This document shows positions 40,125 through 50,197 of a DNA stretch of 64,000 nt, piece by piece. The DNA comes from Candidatus Poribacteria bacterium (lineage in GTDB: Bacteria > Poribacteria > WGA-4E > WGA-3G), in the NCBI GenBank assembly GCA_965205015.1, contig OZ242029.1, positions 3,584,001 through 3,648,000 on the forward strand. The letters are read 5' to 3'. The notes beneath the pieces were generated by a model. That model was not told the DNA's origin. It searched no databases and worked only from the letters and a program-made list of their open reading frames with translations. Both the position numbers and the translations under genes were made by a program. Every line of letters begins with the position of its first letter. Position 1 is the first letter of the stretch.

Positions 40125-41000
40125 TCACCTAACAATTTCGGTCCCGATGCCGCCCTCTGTGAAGACTTCAAGGAGTAGCGAGTGCGGGATGCGTCCATCA
40201 ATGATATGTGTTTTGTATACGCCGCCGATGAGTGCTGTCGTGCATGCCTCAACCTTCGGCAGCATACCCCCTGCGATGAAACCTTCCTTGATTAATTGAT
40301 CTATTTCTCTCATACGCAGGGTAGGTATCAGCGAGGCTGTATCCGATAGATCGCGGAGGATACCGCGCGTATCCGTTAGGACAATCAATTTCTCTGCTTG
40401 GAACGCCGAGGCGATTTCCCCCGCCATTGTATCTGCATTGATATTATAGGTTTGCCCTTCAGTCCCAATACCGATCGGTGCGATGATAGGGATATAACCG
40501 GCTCTGTCGAGTGCCGTCACCGACTCGGTGTTCACGCCAATTATTTTCCCTACAAATCCCAAGTCGACCTCTATGTGTCGCCCATTTTCGTCGGTGATCT
40601 GCGTTTCCTGCTTCTCGGCGAGTATCAGATTGGCGTCCTTTCCAGACAACCCGATGGCTTTTCCGCCGTGTTGGTTGATCCGAGCGACAATCTCTTTGTT
40701 GATTGAGCCAAGCACCATCTCAGCGATTTCAACCGTTTCAGCGTCGGTTACTCGTAGCCCCTGTATAAACTCCGGAACTTTCCCAATCTTGTCCATCCAT
40801 GTGGTGATCCTCGGTCCGCCGCCGTGAACGATAATCGGTCGGATGCCGACGTATTTCATCAGCACAATATCCTGCATGACGGAATGGATGAGGGCTTCAT
40901 CCTCCATTGCGGCGCCGCCATATTTGATAACGATTCGCCGGTCGTAAAAGCGGCGGATATACGGTAAGGCTTCAATAAGAACTTCAGCCGTTCTGTTCAT
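40125..41000 (-). CDS. argB: Acetylglutamate kinase
   Basis: 'EALPYI', IKYGG, VHGGGP, GLRVTD, NINAD, GGMLPK. Confidence 0.97.
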   Translation of the reverse strand: MNRTAEVLIEALPYIRRFYDRRIVIKYGGAAMEDEALIHSVMQDIVLMKYVGIRPIIVHGGGPRITTWMDKIGKVPEFIQGLRVTDAETVEIAEMVLGSINKEIVARINQHGGKAIGLSGKDANLILAEKQETQITDENGRHIEVDLGFVGKIIGVNTESVTALDRAGYIPIIAPIGIGTEGQTYNINADTMAGEIASAFQAEKLIVLTDTRGILRDLSDTASLIPTLRMREIDQLIKEGFIAGGMLPKVEACTTALIGGVYKTHIIDGRIPHSLLLEVFTEGGIGTEIVR

Positions 41001-41047
41001 ATTGTTCAGTCTCGTTCCCTATTTGTGATAAAATGGTGTATACTATT

Positions 41048-41076
41048 ATGATACGTGAACCCGCTGTGTTTGTCAA
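41048..41076 (-). promoter_or_regulatory. sigma70 promoter of argB
   Basis: TTGACA-N17-TATCAT. Confidence 0.65.
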
Positions 41077-41164
41077 ATTAAATGTAGCAATATAGCCATC
41101 AACCGTACGGATAGGTCTTGTGCCTATCCCATAACCGCCAATTTAAGAAAAAAATTCGAGGAAT

Positions 41165-42259
41165 ATGAACATAATGCAAATATCCGCACAGATTTCACAA
41201 TTTCACGGTGTAGGCATCCCATTTGAAGTTTGCGAAGTACCTATGGCTGCCACCTCAGACGACATCCTCGTCCGCGTTTCACTTTCAACGATCTGTGGCT
41301 CAGACCTTCATACAGTATCGGGACGTCGCGGCGCAGAAATTCCGTGTGTCCTCGGACATGAGGTCATTGGAACGGTTGCGGCACCAACACACCTGCGTTC
41401 AGCGGTTGGAGAGGCGCTAAATGAAGGCGATCGGATTACGTGGAGCCTCACGACCGCCTGTGGAACGTGTGACTATTGTGTGAATCGGAACCTCCCGCAG
41501 AAATGCGAGACGATGTTCAAATACGGTCATGCCCGGAGTGAAGGTGCCGATGCCTTTTCAGGTGGATTCGCTACGTATATCCTATTGCGTCCGGGGACAG
41601 CGATCTACCACATCCCTGAGGGTATGACAGACCGGGAGGCGGTCCCGATCAACTGTGCCCTTACAACGGTAGTGAACGGTTTCGCGAACATCGGCACACA
41701 TGCCGGTGAGACGGCTGTCGTCCACGGTGCCGGCATGTTGGGAATCTATGCGGCGTGCTATCTACGGGCGCAAGGATACGAATGTATCGTCGTTGTGGAT
41801 ACCAATGAGCGTCGTTTGGAGATTTCCAAACGCTTCGGCGCGACGCATACTTTCAACCCAAACAAGACCTCTGTTAAGGAGATTGACACCGCAGTGAAAG
41901 AACTGACAAACGGACGGGGTGCCGATCTCGGTGTAGAGGTCAGCGGCGCGACAGTTGGCATCCCGAACCTGGTTACGTGGTTGGCAATCGGTGGAAGATG
42001 TCTGACGCTCGGTTACGTCTATCCAAACGCTCATATCACTGTCGATGCCCACCAACTCGTCACAAAATGTGTGACGCTCCGGGGTGTTCATAACTATCAT
42101 TATACGGCTCTTGGCGATGCCATTCGCTTTGTTGAAGAAAACCGGAGGCGTTACCCGTTTGGGGAGCTCATCGGAGAAACATATCCATTGGCGGAGATTA
42201 ACACCGCCTTTGAGCACGCGTTTCGACAAGAGGTACTTCGCGTTGCTGTTGCGCCATAG
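41165..42259 (+). CDS. Zinc-dependent alcohol dehydrogenase (MDR family)
   Basis: CGSD, GHE, CxxCxxC-C, GAGMLG. Confidence 0.9.
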   Translation: MNIMQISAQISQFHGVGIPFEVCEVPMAATSDDILVRVSLSTICGSDLHTVSGRRGAEIPCVLGHEVIGTVAAPTHLRSAVGEALNEGDRITWSLTTACGTCDYCVNRNLPQKCETMFKYGHARSEGADAFSGGFATYILLRPGTAIYHIPEGMTDREAVPINCALTTVVNGFANIGTHAGETAVVHGAGMLGIYAACYLRAQGYECIVVVDTNERRLEISKRFGATHTFNPNKTSVKEIDTAVKELTNGRGADLGVEVSGATVGIPNLVTWLAIGGRCLTLGYVYPNAHITVDAHQLVTKCVTLRGVHNYHYTALGDAIRFVEENRRRYPFGELIGETYPLAEINTAFEHAFRQEVLRVAVAP

Positions 42260-42384
42260 CCATCAGCCATAGGGGTAGGTCTTGTACCTGCCCGTATGGG
42301 CATCACCGTCTTTGTAATTGGCAATAAATGGTCAGCCGTAGGGTCAGGTCTTGTACCTGTCCGTATGGGAATCGAAGTTCCCTC

Positions 42385-44844
42385 CTACAGTTCTGTATCA
42401 ATCCAACATCTTGTTCCATCGGTACGGAGGGTAATTGCGCCTGATGTGTCGGTTCGGAACATAGGACATCCACGGGTTCGATACCGCTCGACCACATCTG
42501 CATGCGGCAATTGATAGCGATTTCCGTGACCGAGTGAGAAGATCGCGTAATCCGGTTGAACGGCATCCAAAAACGGGGCACTGCTCGATGTCCGACTCCC
42601 GTGATGCGGCACTTTCAGGATTTCCGAACGGAGATCCTGTCCAGAGGCGATGAGTCGAGATTCTGCGTTTTTGCCGATGTCACCCGTGAATAAGATGTCT
42701 ACCTCACCGTAGGTAACCTTCATCACGAGTGAATCGTCGTTCTTGTCTGCATCCAGCAGATTCGTGGAACCGGGATCGATTGGATGTAAGAGGTGGAGTG
42801 TGGCAATTGATGTGAATTCAATCTCTCCGGCATACGGAAATGCATACGGGATGTTGCGTGTCTGGACAATCGTATGTAACCGTTGATGGGTTTGAGAATC
42901 GAGTCGCATATCCGCTATACCGAGGACCCGCCCTACTTTAAAGTTCTCTAAAACATAGCCGAGTCCACCGCCGTGGTCGAGGTCAGGATGCGTCAATACC
43001 ACCATATCGAGTTCCCGAATGCCGTGGAAGTCAAGGTAGGGTTCAATAATCCGCTCGCCGACATCATATTCAACCCGCTTCCGTTTCTGTGTGTCGTAAT
43101 AACGCCGTTGGATGCCACCATCAATCAGCATCGTTCGGTTATCTGGAAATCTGACGATTGCGGCGTCCCCCTGACCGACATCGAGTGTAATGACCTCCAA
43201 GAGTCTTCCCTTCTCATGGAAGGCAGTATCCCAGACCCAGATTGCCACAACGGACAGTCCGATGAGGCTTGCGACTTTCCATTGACGATAGACTGTCTGC
43301 CAGTGTGTAATGCCTAAGCAGCAGGCGATATAGAGGACGAACAGCCCGAACGTCGGTGGCGTTAACTTGACGACACCCCATATCTGTCCGAAAATGCCGA
43401 TCAGTGTCAGGAAGATGGAGATCATCGCGTGGTTGAGAACGCCAAGCAGCTGCGCGAACGGGAGATAGATAAAACCGACGGATATGGACACCATTCCTAT
43501 TGCAACGATGAGCGATACGAGTCCAACGGCGAAGGGACCGACGACGATGCCGAGCGGATATGCCCGATAGAAGTAGTAGGCGATGAGGGGTCCCGTTCCG
43601 ATTTGCGCTGCGAACGTTACGAGATAGGAAAGGACTCCCCATTTGATTGCGGCGTTCCGAAATTTCGTCAGGACTGAATCTTCGCTTTCCGAAGGTGGAC
43701 CCTCTGTGCGCTCCCACAATCGACGCAGCGGCTTCTCCATCTTCGGGACGAAGTAGACGATTGCGGCGACGGCGACAAAGGACAATTGGAATCCGACATC
43801 CCACAGTTGTAATGGGTTCAAAAGGAGGAGTACTAACGCCGCGAACGCTAACAAATTGAAGAGGTCCGCATCCCGATCGATGAGCGTCGCACAGAGAAAT
43901 AGAATTGCCATTAGCGAGGCGCGAAAGACGGAGGGTCGGAAGCCGATGAGGCAGGCGTAAATTAGCACTGCTATTATCGTCAAGAGACACAAAATCTTTT
44001 GCGGAAACCGGAAAAGTGAGAAACCGAAATAGCAGAACATCGCCACAAGTCCGACGTGCAGACCGGAGACGGCGAGCACATGGAAGGTGCCACTATTTCG
44101 GAAGAGAGCCAACGTCTCTGTGGGCACATCGCTGCGTTTACCGAGTAAGATGCCTTTGAGGAGTTGGGCATGCAATGCGGGTTCAAGAAGCGGCGTTTCG
44201 ACTTCAGGCTCCGTATAGATACCGTCAATCAGACGTTCGGTCCGAAGCCGGAGTGTCTCTATCCATCGTAAGGGCGGAAATCCACCCTGTTCACCGATTC
44301 GCACAAGTCCTTTCGTATCAATGATTCCGACGATTCCTTGTCGAGCGAGGTATGCCTGATAGTCAAATCCACCCGGATTGCGCTTGGCTTGCGGTTGACG
44401 CAGGACACCCGTCACGGTTAGACCTTTACCGTAGCGGAGGGGTCGCAACTTCTGAAATCTGATGAGGAATTTCGCCGATACCTGTTGTGTTGGGTCTGAC
44501 AGCAATTGGAGTTCACCGATGGCATAACAGGCATCCCACGCCTCCCCGCGTTCGGGCTGATATGTCGTCGTGCCTGAGAAGCTGATCGGCGCGTTGTAAA
44601 AGTGGGGTGGGACTGGCGAATGGGCGGCGGTTTCTAAGCGTAGCATGCCGCCAGCGAAGATAGCCAAATGCAGCAGTGCGTAACAGAGGTACCGCTGACG
44701 ATGTCTTGCTACGATGCTGCCGACACAACAGAGCAGCACAAATAGCCAAAGCCACAGAAACGGGAGGGATGCCCATTTGCCTGCGATGATGCCCAGTAGA
44801 TACGGGATGAGAAAGTAGAGTGCGGGACGTGGTTTGAATTTCAT
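42385..44844 (-). CDS. comEC: Competence protein ComEC/Rec2
   Basis: 'NPGGFDY', 'HVLAVSGLHVG', GFQLSF, DVGQGD, THPDLDH, HHGS. Confidence 0.95.
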   Translation of the reverse strand: MKFKPRPALYFLIPYLLGIIAGKWASLPFLWLWLFVLLCCVGSIVARHRQRYLCYALLHLAIFAGGMLRLETAAHSPVPPHFYNAPISFSGTTTYQPERGEAWDACYAIGELQLLSDPTQQVSAKFLIRFQKLRPLRYGKGLTVTGVLRQPQAKRNPGGFDYQAYLARQGIVGIIDTKGLVRIGEQGGFPPLRWIETLRLRTERLIDGIYTEPEVETPLLEPALHAQLLKGILLGKRSDVPTETLALFRNSGTFHVLAVSGLHVGLVAMFCYFGFSLFRFPQKILCLLTIIAVLIYACLIGFRPSVFRASLMAILFLCATLIDRDADLFNLLAFAALVLLLLNPLQLWDVGFQLSFVAVAAIVYFVPKMEKPLRRLWERTEGPPSESEDSVLTKFRNAAIKWGVLSYLVTFAAQIGTGPLIAYYFYRAYPLGIVVGPFAVGLVSLIVAIGMVSISVGFIYLPFAQLLGVLNHAMISIFLTLIGIFGQIWGVVKLTPPTFGLFVLYIACCLGITHWQTVYRQWKVASLIGLSVVAIWVWDTAFHEKGRLLEVITLDVGQGDAAIVRFPDNRTMLIDGGIQRRYYDTQKRKRVEYDVGERIIEPYLDFHGIRELDMVVLTHPDLDHGGGLGYVLENFKVGRVLGIADMRLDSQTHQRLHTIVQTRNIPYAFPYAGEIEFTSIATLHLLHPIDPGSTNLLDADKNDDSLVMKVTYGEVDILFTGDIGKNAESRLIASGQDLRSEILKVPHHGSRTSSSAPFLDAVQPDYAIFSLGHGNRYQLPHADVVERYRTRGCPMFRTDTSGAITLRTDGTRCWIDTEL

Positions 44845-44934
44845 ATTTTAATGTGCCTTGCGGGGGTTTTCCTCAGTGTGCCACCATTATACCCGTATCT
44901 CGGAAAATATTCTGTTTTTTGTCTGAATCAGTTT

Positions 44935-45300
44935 TCGTAGGTTGGGTTGAACGGTGTTAAAAATCAGAGGTCGGTATCCTAAAATATATCAAACCTGATA
45001 TAGCCGCATATACACCGAGATCCCCAGTGAAACCCAACGCTCTTTCTCTGAAATCCTGAAAACGTGGTGGCAGGTTCCCGTTGGGTTTCGCTATCCCCTT
45101 GATTTATGGTAGTTCCTACAATTAAATGAACACCCAAGAGTTGGCGAGGTTACAAACCTCGTCAGCGGCGACACGGGGTTTTGTGTTTTAGAGCGTATTC
45201 ACTTATTTCTGGGTTTTACTATATATGACGGTGTAGGGTGCTGAAATGTGCTTGAGTTACCCACATCGTCTTTCTCGGTTCCGCTCAACCCAACCTACGA
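44935..45300. mobile_element. REPIN/MITE-like element with a nested MITE (45105-45223)
   Basis: TIR tcgtaggttgggttga(a/g)cgg, 19/20 match; inner gaaacccaac/gttgggtttc pair; partial copy at 62911-63059. Confidence 0.72.
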
Positions 45301-45345
45301 GGAAACTGTGATGCGTTTTCTAAAATTGACATCTATAGGTTTCGT

Positions 45346-45374
45346 TTGACGCGTTCTTAACTTCGTGATACAAT
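45346..45374 (+). promoter_or_regulatory. sigma70 promoter
   Basis: TTGACG-N17-TACAAT. Confidence 0.6.
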
Positions 45375-45405
45375 CCCCTCGAATATCACGCCGTAGGGAA
45401 CGTAA

Positions 45406-46734
45406 ATGCCAAAACACAGTATTCTCTCACAAATGCCGATTGATCTCGGTGACAACCTAAAACTCCGATTTGCGACGCCTGCCGATACGGAGACACTTGC
45501 GGAATTCAACACCCGCCTCCATGAAGAAGAAAGCGTGGGTCCGGGTATCCGAGACCTGATGTCGGGAGACCATCCTACCTGCAAGGCAAGCGATTTTACC
45601 GTCGTTGAAGATACGCAGACGGGGAAAATTGTGTCATCGCTCTGTCTGATTTCACAGACGTGGACGTATAGTGGTATCTCCTTCAAGTTCGGACAACCCG
45701 AATTCGTCGCCACTGAACCTGAATACCGCAGGAGAGGCTTAGTCCGAAAGCAGTTCGAGGTGATCCACGCCTTGAGTGAGGCGCGCGGGGAACTGATGCA
45801 AGGTATCACAGGTATCCCGTGGTATTACCGACTGTTCGGGTATGAGATGGCACTGGACATGGAAGCGGAGCGCGTTATCGACGGGATGCATATCCCTACA
45901 TTGAAAAAAGGGGAGACCGAGACGTGTCGGCTCCGACCCCGAACGGATGCGGATAACGCTTTCATTCAAGACCTCTATCAGAGTACCATTGCGCGGAAAG
46001 TCTTTATTTGCTCCCGGACACCGGCGATGTGGGACTATGAATTCAATGGACGTTCAGCGGGGAGTGAGGCACGGTATGAATGGCTGATCCTCGAAGATAT
46101 GGAGAGGACGCGACTCGGTTATGTCCAGCATTTCCAATGGTGTTACGAGAATTTTATTGTCATGCAAATGGAGCTGAAACCCGGCGTCGGTTGTCTACAT
46201 CACATCCGATCCCTGCTGCGAGCGTTGTGGAAAAAGGCAGAGGCGACACCGATTGTCGCTGAGAATGACAATCCGAAAGCAACAGGTGTGCAGTTCATGT
46301 TAGGACGTGAACACCCGATCTATCAGGCACTCCCCAAAGATCTTGTCCGTCAAGAGCCTCCTTATGCGTGGTATATCCGGGTGCCAGATCTGATAGCGTT
46401 TCTACGGCATATCCGACCCGCACTCGAAAAACACCTCATCGGCACTGTTGCGGAGGGTTACACGGGTGCGCTCAAACTCAACTTCTATCGCACTGGAATA
46501 CACCTTAAATTTGAACGGGGTCGCCTCACGGAGATTGCCGATTGGAACCCAAAAGATGTTGAGGACGGAGATGCCGCATTCCCTGACTTAACTTTCTTAC
46601 AATTACTCTGCGGACGGTGTCGAACAGAGGAATTGACCACAAATTTCGTTGATTGCTGGACGAACGGCAGTTCTCCTGCGGTCCTCCTCGATTGCCTATT
46701 TCCAACCTTCGCTGGCGAGGTGTGGCATCTTTAA
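45406..46734 (+). CDS. GNAT family acetyltransferase (Eis-like)
   Basis: 'VATEPEYRRRGL', 'YYRLFGY', SCP2-like C-terminus. Confidence 0.82.
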   Translation: MPKHSILSQMPIDLGDNLKLRFATPADTETLAEFNTRLHEEESVGPGIRDLMSGDHPTCKASDFTVVEDTQTGKIVSSLCLISQTWTYSGISFKFGQPEFVATEPEYRRRGLVRKQFEVIHALSEARGELMQGITGIPWYYRLFGYEMALDMEAERVIDGMHIPTLKKGETETCRLRPRTDADNAFIQDLYQSTIARKVFICSRTPAMWDYEFNGRSAGSEARYEWLILEDMERTRLGYVQHFQWCYENFIVMQMELKPGVGCLHHIRSLLRALWKKAEATPIVAENDNPKATGVQFMLGREHPIYQALPKDLVRQEPPYAWYIRVPDLIAFLRHIRPALEKHLIGTVAEGYTGALKLNFYRTGIHLKFERGRLTEIADWNPKDVEDGDAAFPDLTFLQLLCGRCRTEELTTNFVDCWTNGSSPAVLLDCLFPTFAGEVWHL

Positions 46735-46851
46735 AAGTAGTAGGCATACTCCGTATGCCGTCACAGTAATAAAAGTAGTAGACCTACTCCGTATGCCGTC
46801 CCAACAATTTCCAGTCGCGACATTTTCTGACAGCTGAAAGTCAACATAACA

Positions 46852-47421
46852 ATGGTCACCCAATCGCATGTTGTCCTCAATATAGCCCTCCTCTCAAAGC
46901 GGGACAAACCCGTTCTTCACTTCTACGTCTTCATCGGTGCTGTCCTTCCTGACCTGCCGATGTTCGTCTTTTTCGCAGTCGAAACGTTTATCCTTAAGAC
47001 CTCACAGCGTGAACTCTGGGAGTCCCGATACTTCATGGAGGCGTGGCAGACGTTCTTTGACCTCTTCAACGCCGTCCCGCTGATTCTGATCGTCTTAGGT
47101 ATTGGGTATTACCTACTGAACTCCGAGCGAGTCGTCGTTTTTGCGTGGAGCATGCTTCTCCATTGCGGGTTCGATCTTGTGACGCATCACGACGACGGGC
47201 ATCATCACTTTTTTCCACTCTCCGACTTTGTCTTTGAAAGCCCGATTTCCTATTGGGACCGGGATCACCATGCTGGTATCGTTGCGCCGATAGAGCGATT
47301 GGTGATGCTCGCTGCCTCCATCTATCTATTTCCGAGATTGAAGACTCGACTGGCGCGATGGGGCCTGGTGGTCATCAATATCCTGTTCTTGGGTTCCTAT
47401 CTCCTCTTTTTTCTTCGGTAG
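46852..47421 (+). CDS. Membrane-bound metal-dependent hydrolase-like protein
   Basis: 'TQSH', 'GAVLPD', 'LH..D..THHDD.H', TM segments. Confidence 0.7.
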   Translation: MVTQSHVVLNIALLSKRDKPVLHFYVFIGAVLPDLPMFVFFAVETFILKTSQRELWESRYFMEAWQTFFDLFNAVPLILIVLGIGYYLLNSERVVVFAWSMLLHCGFDLVTHHDDGHHHFFPLSDFVFESPISYWDRDHHAGIVAPIERLVMLAASIYLFPRLKTRLARWGLVVINILFLGSYLLFFLR

Positions 47422-47621
47422 CTCTGAGAAATATGGGCGGGCACAAGACCCGCCCCTACAAATCCGATTTCGATTTCATAGAAGACTCGGCTGGCGCGAT
47501 GGGGTCTGGTGGTCATCAATGTCCTGTTCTTGGGTTCCTATCTCTTCTTTTTTCTTCGGTAGCTCTGAGAAATATGGGCGGGTACAAGACCCGCCCCTAC
47601 AAATCCGATTTCGATTTCATA
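47340..47621 (+). repeat. 141-bp tandem duplication of a gene 3' end plus REP
   Basis: 47340-47480 vs 47481-47621, five substitutions. Confidence 0.92.
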
Positions 47622-47661
47622 CGGGTTCGATTAGAAAAGGCTGTCAGCGGTCGGTATATCT

Positions 47662-47786
47662 TATAGTAAAACCGAAAAATAAGTGAACATTCGTAGCACA
47701 AACTGTCCAGTTTGTGCAGGGGAGGCACGCAAACTAACAGTTTGCGCTACAATCGGGGTGTCCAAGTAATTATTGACTCTACTATA
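47662..47786. mobile_element. 125-bp MITE, left of mod
   Basis: TATAGTA..TACTATA ends; reverse complement of 50073-50197 with 2 mismatches. Confidence 0.85.
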
Positions 47787-48111
47787 ATTGTCTGAATCGT
47801 GGATTCTATGGATTTCACGGATTGTTTGAATGAAGAATGTGTTGGTTTTCACGGAGGCTTCACGGAGGTTTTTATCATCGTAGATGGGCCGTGGGTTGCT
47901 GAGATTCAAAATACCCCTTCTCCGTGAAAAAACGAATGTGAAAATAAAATTAGCGTATCGTATCAGTATTCGCAGGAGTTTTGTAGCGTATCCTGTTAGG
48001 CTGCGCTCTTTTTTCTTGACATCCAGATAGTTGTGTCTGGTAATGCCGTTTCGCCTTTGAGAATCACCTCTTTCCCGATGTACATCACTACGAAACCACG
48101 CAAACGGCTTT

Positions 48112-49743
48112 CTATGCATCTGAAATGCGATGGATGTTGTACGGCAGCTGGCAGAAAGTGATACCTAAATGTGTCAACTCCTTCTGACTGACGAATTTCT
48201 GCGGTGCATAGACATACGCCTTTTGACCCGTTTCTTTGCACGCTTTCGCAATCTGCTCGGCACGCTCGCCATCTAACGCAGACGCATGGCTCTCCAGAAA
48301 ATCCAGCGAGGGTTCATAAATCAGATAGAAACGGATGTCGTTCGTCTCGCCGAAGTAGTAATCTTCCTGTTTTCTGGCAGCGGTTAACGCGCTCCCAATT
48401 GCGGTATAAGCGATATAGTCGGCTAAAGTTTCGTAGGTGGGGAGATTTTCGCCGGTGAGCATGCCTTCCTCGTCAATCCGTTCGCCGAGGGTGCAATAGG
48501 TGAAGGTGCCGCCGAGGCCATCTTGGAGGGACTCATCTGTGGCATTTTCAACACCAGTGCTGACGCGTCGGACGCGTTCGGCGGTGATCGTATCTGCATA
48601 GTCCTCACATTCAACGAGGATAAACTTCCGGTTCCCGCCATCCTCTTTGTTGAGTGCGAGGACAGCATGCGCAGTGGTGCCGCTGCCAGCGAAGGAGTCC
48701 AAAACAATATCTTCCTCTTGCGTACAAAGAAATACAAGCTCCTTTATCAGCAATGATGGTTTAGGATAAGAGAACTTATTGGGTCCCATAATATTTTTTA
48801 ATTCAATACTGCCATGTGCGGTTGTTTTAACAGCTTCAGAATCAAGCATAGATGGATATGCTGTGTACGTTTCAGTCCCAGCAGGCATAATTCTATACGC
48901 TTCAATGCGTCCATCAGGTTGTTTTTCAAAGACAATTAAATTGCTCTCAATAAGGTCTTGCATTGTAGATTGACTAACTCGCCAGCGGCCATCCGTTCCA
49001 TCAGCTCTAATAGGGTAGATTTCGTCGAATTCGTCGGAATGAATTGGATAGTACATCGTTGGTCTATCTTCCCGCCTATCGCCCTGTCCCCACTGTCGTA
49101 ACCTCTCTCTTGACTCCGCTTTTCTAATTCGCTTATCCGCCTTGAGTTTTACCGAATCTATCCTTTTAGCATAAACAACAATATACTCATGTAGCGTGGC
49201 AGTATTTTTGGCCGTGGCTCCACGTCCTAACCTTGAACGCCAGATGAAAGACTCAATAAAATTTTCCTCTCCAAAAACCTCATCCATCAGCATTCGCAAG
49301 CGATGCACTTCATTATCGTCAATTGAGATGAAAATCACACCGTCATCGGACAGTAACTCCTGTAATAAATGGAGCCGAGGCCACATCATACATAACCACT
49401 TATCGTGGCGTTCTAAATCCTCAAGGTCAACCGGACTGTGTTTCTCCAGCCACGCTTGCATCATCGGACTGTTGACGTTGTCGTTGTAGACCCAGTTTTC
49501 ATTGCCGGTATTATAGGGCGGATCAATGTAGATACACTTGACTTTGCCAGCATATCTCGGGAGCAGTGCCTTCAGGACGTGTAGATTGTCGCCGTGAATA
49601 ATCAGGTTATCATCCAACGGAGATGTGCGAGGAGATACATCTCTGTTCAGCGATTTCTGCTTGTCTATTTTTAGGGTACGGACAGGGACGGTGAGGTGAT
49701 ATCCGTAAATGAACTGTTTACCTTTGAAATCGAGTGTGGGCAT
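48112..49743 (-). CDS. mod: Type III R-M DNA methyltransferase (Mod, beta class)
   Basis: 'MPTLDFKGK', 'IHGDNL', IDPPYNTG, YPKP, DSFAGSGTT, 'GG.RKFILVE'. Confidence 0.9.
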   Translation of the reverse strand: MPTLDFKGKQFIYGYHLTVPVRTLKIDKQKSLNRDVSPRTSPLDDNLIIHGDNLHVLKALLPRYAGKVKCIYIDPPYNTGNENWVYNDNVNSPMMQAWLEKHSPVDLEDLERHDKWLCMMWPRLHLLQELLSDDGVIFISIDDNEVHRLRMLMDEVFGEENFIESFIWRSRLGRGATAKNTATLHEYIVVYAKRIDSVKLKADKRIRKAESRERLRQWGQGDRREDRPTMYYPIHSDEFDEIYPIRADGTDGRWRVSQSTMQDLIESNLIVFEKQPDGRIEAYRIMPAGTETYTAYPSMLDSEAVKTTAHGSIELKNIMGPNKFSYPKPSLLIKELVFLCTQEEDIVLDSFAGSGTTAHAVLALNKEDGGNRKFILVECEDYADTITAERVRRVSTGVENATDESLQDGLGGTFTYCTLGERIDEEGMLTGENLPTYETLADYIAYTAIGSALTAARKQEDYYFGETNDIRFYLIYEPSLDFLESHASALDGERAEQIAKACKETGQKAYVYAPQKFVSQKELTHLGITFCQLPYNIHRISDA

Positions 49744-50072
49744 AAGGATTCCTAAAAAAAGATTATAACATATCATATTATAGCATAATATACCATAATT
49801 ATGCATAAATGTGCAGAATTATGCAATAAAAACGCATATCATAGCATAAAAACGCATATCATAGCATGAATGCATCAATCTCACTTCTCCTATTTTTTAT
49901 GGGAGTCGTGTTGTGGAAGGTATTTGGAGAAAAAAATATCGGAACGTCAGCGGTGTTCTGAATGAAGTCTAACAAAATTTTGGGTAATTCTATGAGGAAC
50001 AGCCTTCACTCAAGAAGGTGCTATAATCCTGTAAATCCTGATTCTGACAATGAACACCGCACATTACCGAAT

Positions 50073-50197
50073 TATAGTAGAGTCAATAATTACTTGGGCA
50101 CCCCGATTGTAGCGCAAACTGTTAGTTTGCGTGCCTCCCCTGCACAAACTGGACAGTTTGTGCTACGAATGTTCACTTATTTTTGGGTTTTACTATA
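50073..50197. mobile_element. 125-bp MITE, right of mod, inverted
   Basis: See 47662-47786. Confidence 0.85.

Noticed and set aside
41165-42259. Assignment as a phosphonate-catabolism alcohol dehydrogenase
   Set aside because: Resemblance only; no phosphonate genes nearby.
47253-47666. 137-aa ORF with an internal repeat
   Set aside because: Off-frame read-through of the 141-bp duplication.
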